A stretch of 64,000 bases of DNA from Moorellales bacterium. GTDB taxonomy: Bacteria; Bacillota; DSM-521; Neomoorellales; SLTJ01. The stretch covers positions 26,131-90,130 of the forward strand of contig JBNARC010000008.1 in assembly GCA_049719955.1 (NCBI GenBank), in the 5' to 3' direction. The position numbers and the translations under genes are program-made. The notes beneath the pieces are model-generated. The model was given only the letters and a program-made list of their open reading frames with translations. It did no database searches and was not told the origin of the DNA. Below, piece by piece: positions 61,999 to 64,000 of the stretch; the first letter of the stretch is position 1; every line of letters begins with the position of its first letter.

Positions 61999-63957
61999 TT
62001 AGGGCTGAGCCTGATTATAAGTGCCGCCTTCTTCGAAGAAACGGCGCACGTCCTCCAGACGGTCGGTTCGGGGGCAGGAAGGTAAGGCTTCCAGGAAGCG
62101 TCGGCCGTAGGTCCGGGAGGAAAGGCGAGGGTCCAGGATGGCCACTACTCCCCTATCCCCCCGCTGCCGTATCAGGCGCCCAAAGCCTTGCGTCAGCCGC
62201 AGCACCGCCCGAGGTAAACTGTACTGCCAAAAGGGGTTTCCTCCCGCGGATCGGAGCTGCTCCAGGCGGGCCCGGGTTACCGGGTGGGAGGGCACTTCAA
62301 AAGGTAAACGGTCGATTACCAGGCACGATAGCGTCTCTCCCGGCACGTCGATGCCTTCCCAAAAAGAGGCGGTGGCCAATAGCACCGAGCTTACTTCTTC
62401 CCGGAAGCGGGCCAAAAGGTGGTGGCGCGGCAGCTCGCCCTGGCGGTAGAGGGGGTAGGATAGACGCGGGCGCAAGTAATCGTACACGGTATTCAGCCCG
62501 CGAAAACTGGTAAACAGTACCAGTGCTCGCCCCCGGCTCAGAGCCAGTAATTCTTCTATCCGGGCCGCGGCCAAGCCATAGTATTCCGGGTGGTTGGGAT
62601 CGGGCAGGTCGGCCGGGGTGTACAAAAGGCATTGTTCCCGATAGGAAAAAGGCGAACCCACCCGCAGTTCGGCCCCGCCGGACAGACCCACCTCACGCCT
62701 GAAGAAGCGGAAATCGCCGGCCACGCTCAAGGTGGCACTGGTAAGCACCGTCGCCCTCAGCGGACCGAAGAGGTGCTCCGCCAGCAATTCCCCTATCTCA
62801 AGAGGCGTAGCCACCAGACTCACCCGGCGGCGCGCTCCTTCCACCTCGGCTCGTACCCAAGATACGTAGCCCGGTTCGCGGCGAAGGATGAAACTCAGGT
62901 TCTCGGCCAGTCTGTCCGCCGTCTCGGCCAATCGGGCCGCCGCCTCCCGACGGGGAAGATCCACTCCTTCCAAGGGCAAATCTCGGATCTGTAGGCTTAA
63001 CCGCCGCAATGCCGTCAGCAGCCCTTCGGCTAGTTCGGCCGGGTACGCGGTTAGGGGCCAGGCTTCCTCTTCCTCGCCGGAGGCGGGGGTCAGGGAGGCG
63101 AAGAAAACCGCCGCCGCTTGCTCCACTTCCTGCCCGGTACGGACCTCCCACCCGGGTAGACGCAAAAGGTGAAGGCTTCGCGTCAGGGTGGCGATGGCGC
63201 CCGGACTTACCTCCACCGCCAGGGTGGCCGAGGCCACATCCGGCAAATGGTGAGCCTCGTCGAACACCGCTATGGCGTGCTCCGGTAGAACGGCGGCTTC
63301 GTGGTCGCTGCTCAGTCGCAGGGCCAGGTCGCTCAGATACAGGTGGTGGTTGGCTATCAGAAGTTGAGCTTTCTGGGCCTGTTCTCGGGCCCGAAGGAAG
63401 AAGCACCGGTCTTGATAAGGGCAATAAGGGCGCAGGCAAGTCTCGTCGGCCGCTACCCGCGCCCAAATCGTCGGTGCCACCTTTCCTTCTATCTCTGCCC
63501 CGTCGCCGGTGGCGGTTTGCTCCGCCCAGGCCAGCAGTTGCGGCCAACCGTCTTCTCGAAACCGGGCGGGTAGGGCCTCCAGTTCGCGGGTCAGCCGCCA
63601 GTGGCACAGGTAATTCCTTTTTCCCTTTACCAGCACCACTTCCACCGGCCGGGAGAGTAAGGCCGCCAACCGCGGTATGTCCTGCCGGAGGATTTGCTCC
63701 TGAAGCGCAATGGTACCGGTGCTGACCACCGCCTTTTCCGACGAAGATTGCAGGTGGCTCAGCAACGGAACCAAGTAGGCCAGCGACTTTCCGGTACCCG
63801 TGCCCGCTTCGGCCAAGAGATGTCCGCCTTGCTCGAGTACGGCTGCCACCGCCGAAGCCAACTCTCTTTGCCCCGGTCGGGGTTCAAAACCCTCCCACCG
63901 CTGGCGGAGAGTAACGAATAGCTTCTGCCAGACCGTCTCGGCGTTACCCATAGGCAT
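61999..63957 (-). CDS. dinG: DinG/XPD-like ATP-dependent DNA helicase with Fe-S cluster domain
   Basis: Walker A AGTGTGKS, DEAHH box, and four Cys (YLCHW..., CLRPYCPYQDRC) in the position of the XPD-type 4Fe-4S domain. Confidence 0.85.
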   Translation of the reverse strand: MPMGNAETVWQKLFVTLRQRWEGFEPRPGQRELASAVAAVLEQGGHLLAEAGTGTGKSLAYLVPLLSHLQSSSEKAVVSTGTIALQEQILRQDIPRLAALLSRPVEVVLVKGKRNYLCHWRLTRELEALPARFREDGWPQLLAWAEQTATGDGAEIEGKVAPTIWARVAADETCLRPYCPYQDRCFFLRAREQAQKAQLLIANHHLYLSDLALRLSSDHEAAVLPEHAIAVFDEAHHLPDVASATLAVEVSPGAIATLTRSLHLLRLPGWEVRTGQEVEQAAAVFFASLTPASGEEEEAWPLTAYPAELAEGLLTALRRLSLQIRDLPLEGVDLPRREAAARLAETADRLAENLSFILRREPGYVSWVRAEVEGARRRVSLVATPLEIGELLAEHLFGPLRATVLTSATLSVAGDFRFFRREVGLSGGAELRVGSPFSYREQCLLYTPADLPDPNHPEYYGLAAARIEELLALSRGRALVLFTSFRGLNTVYDYLRPRLSYPLYRQGELPRHHLLARFREEVSSVLLATASFWEGIDVPGETLSCLVIDRLPFEVPSHPVTRARLEQLRSAGGNPFWQYSLPRAVLRLTQGFGRLIRQRGDRGVVAILDPRLSSRTYGRRFLEALPSCPRTDRLEDVRRFFEEGGTYNQAQP

Positions 63958-64000
63958 CGGGCCACCGCGGGCCGGGTAGCGGACCTAACTGCTAACGCCG

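Overview
GC-rich chromosomal segment from an endospore-forming Firmicute. Nearly all genes are on the + strand and are housekeeping. Their order mirrors the Bacillus subtilis spo0F-fbaA-tal-rho-rpmE / prfA-prmC / sua5-mntP-ywlE-rpiB-glyA / mnaA-atpIBEFHAGDC-ywmB-murAA-spoIID / spoIIID-mbl region. After that come an argCJBD-carA-argF-argG-argH cluster, an archaeal-type FBP aldolase/phosphatase and a PLP decarboxylase. The window ends with a small mixed-strand block: L,D-transpeptidase, MBL hydrolase, Fe-S flavoprotein, M20 peptidase, GNAT and a DinG-like helicase. I saw no rRNA, tRNA or CRISPR array. Five things do not look like housekeeping. (1) A solo TnpB-related (IS200/IS605 OrfB-like) gene sits between the DUF1385 gene and prfA. 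It has a non-canonical third RuvC motif, no zinc finger, and a 311-nt hairpin-dense non-coding tail that could be an omega-RNA-like guide scaffold. This is the best candidate for an undescribed system in the window. (2) A family of about 200-213 bp structured repeats is bounded by 17-19 bp terminal inverted repeats. There are three full copies plus a 40-bp remnant, all clustered in and around the spoIIID/arg region. (3) prmC carries a 228-nt in-frame GC-rich insertion just before a variant NLPY catalytic motif. (4) A single in-frame TAG splits an AgrC-like 7-TM sensor kinase that is paired with a LytTR regulator. (5) An unannotated 47-aa minus-strand ORF has a perfect Shine-Dalgarno. Several start codons from the ORF track were moved downstream using RBS position and conserved N-termini. 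All functional calls come from reading motifs and synteny by eye; no database search was run.
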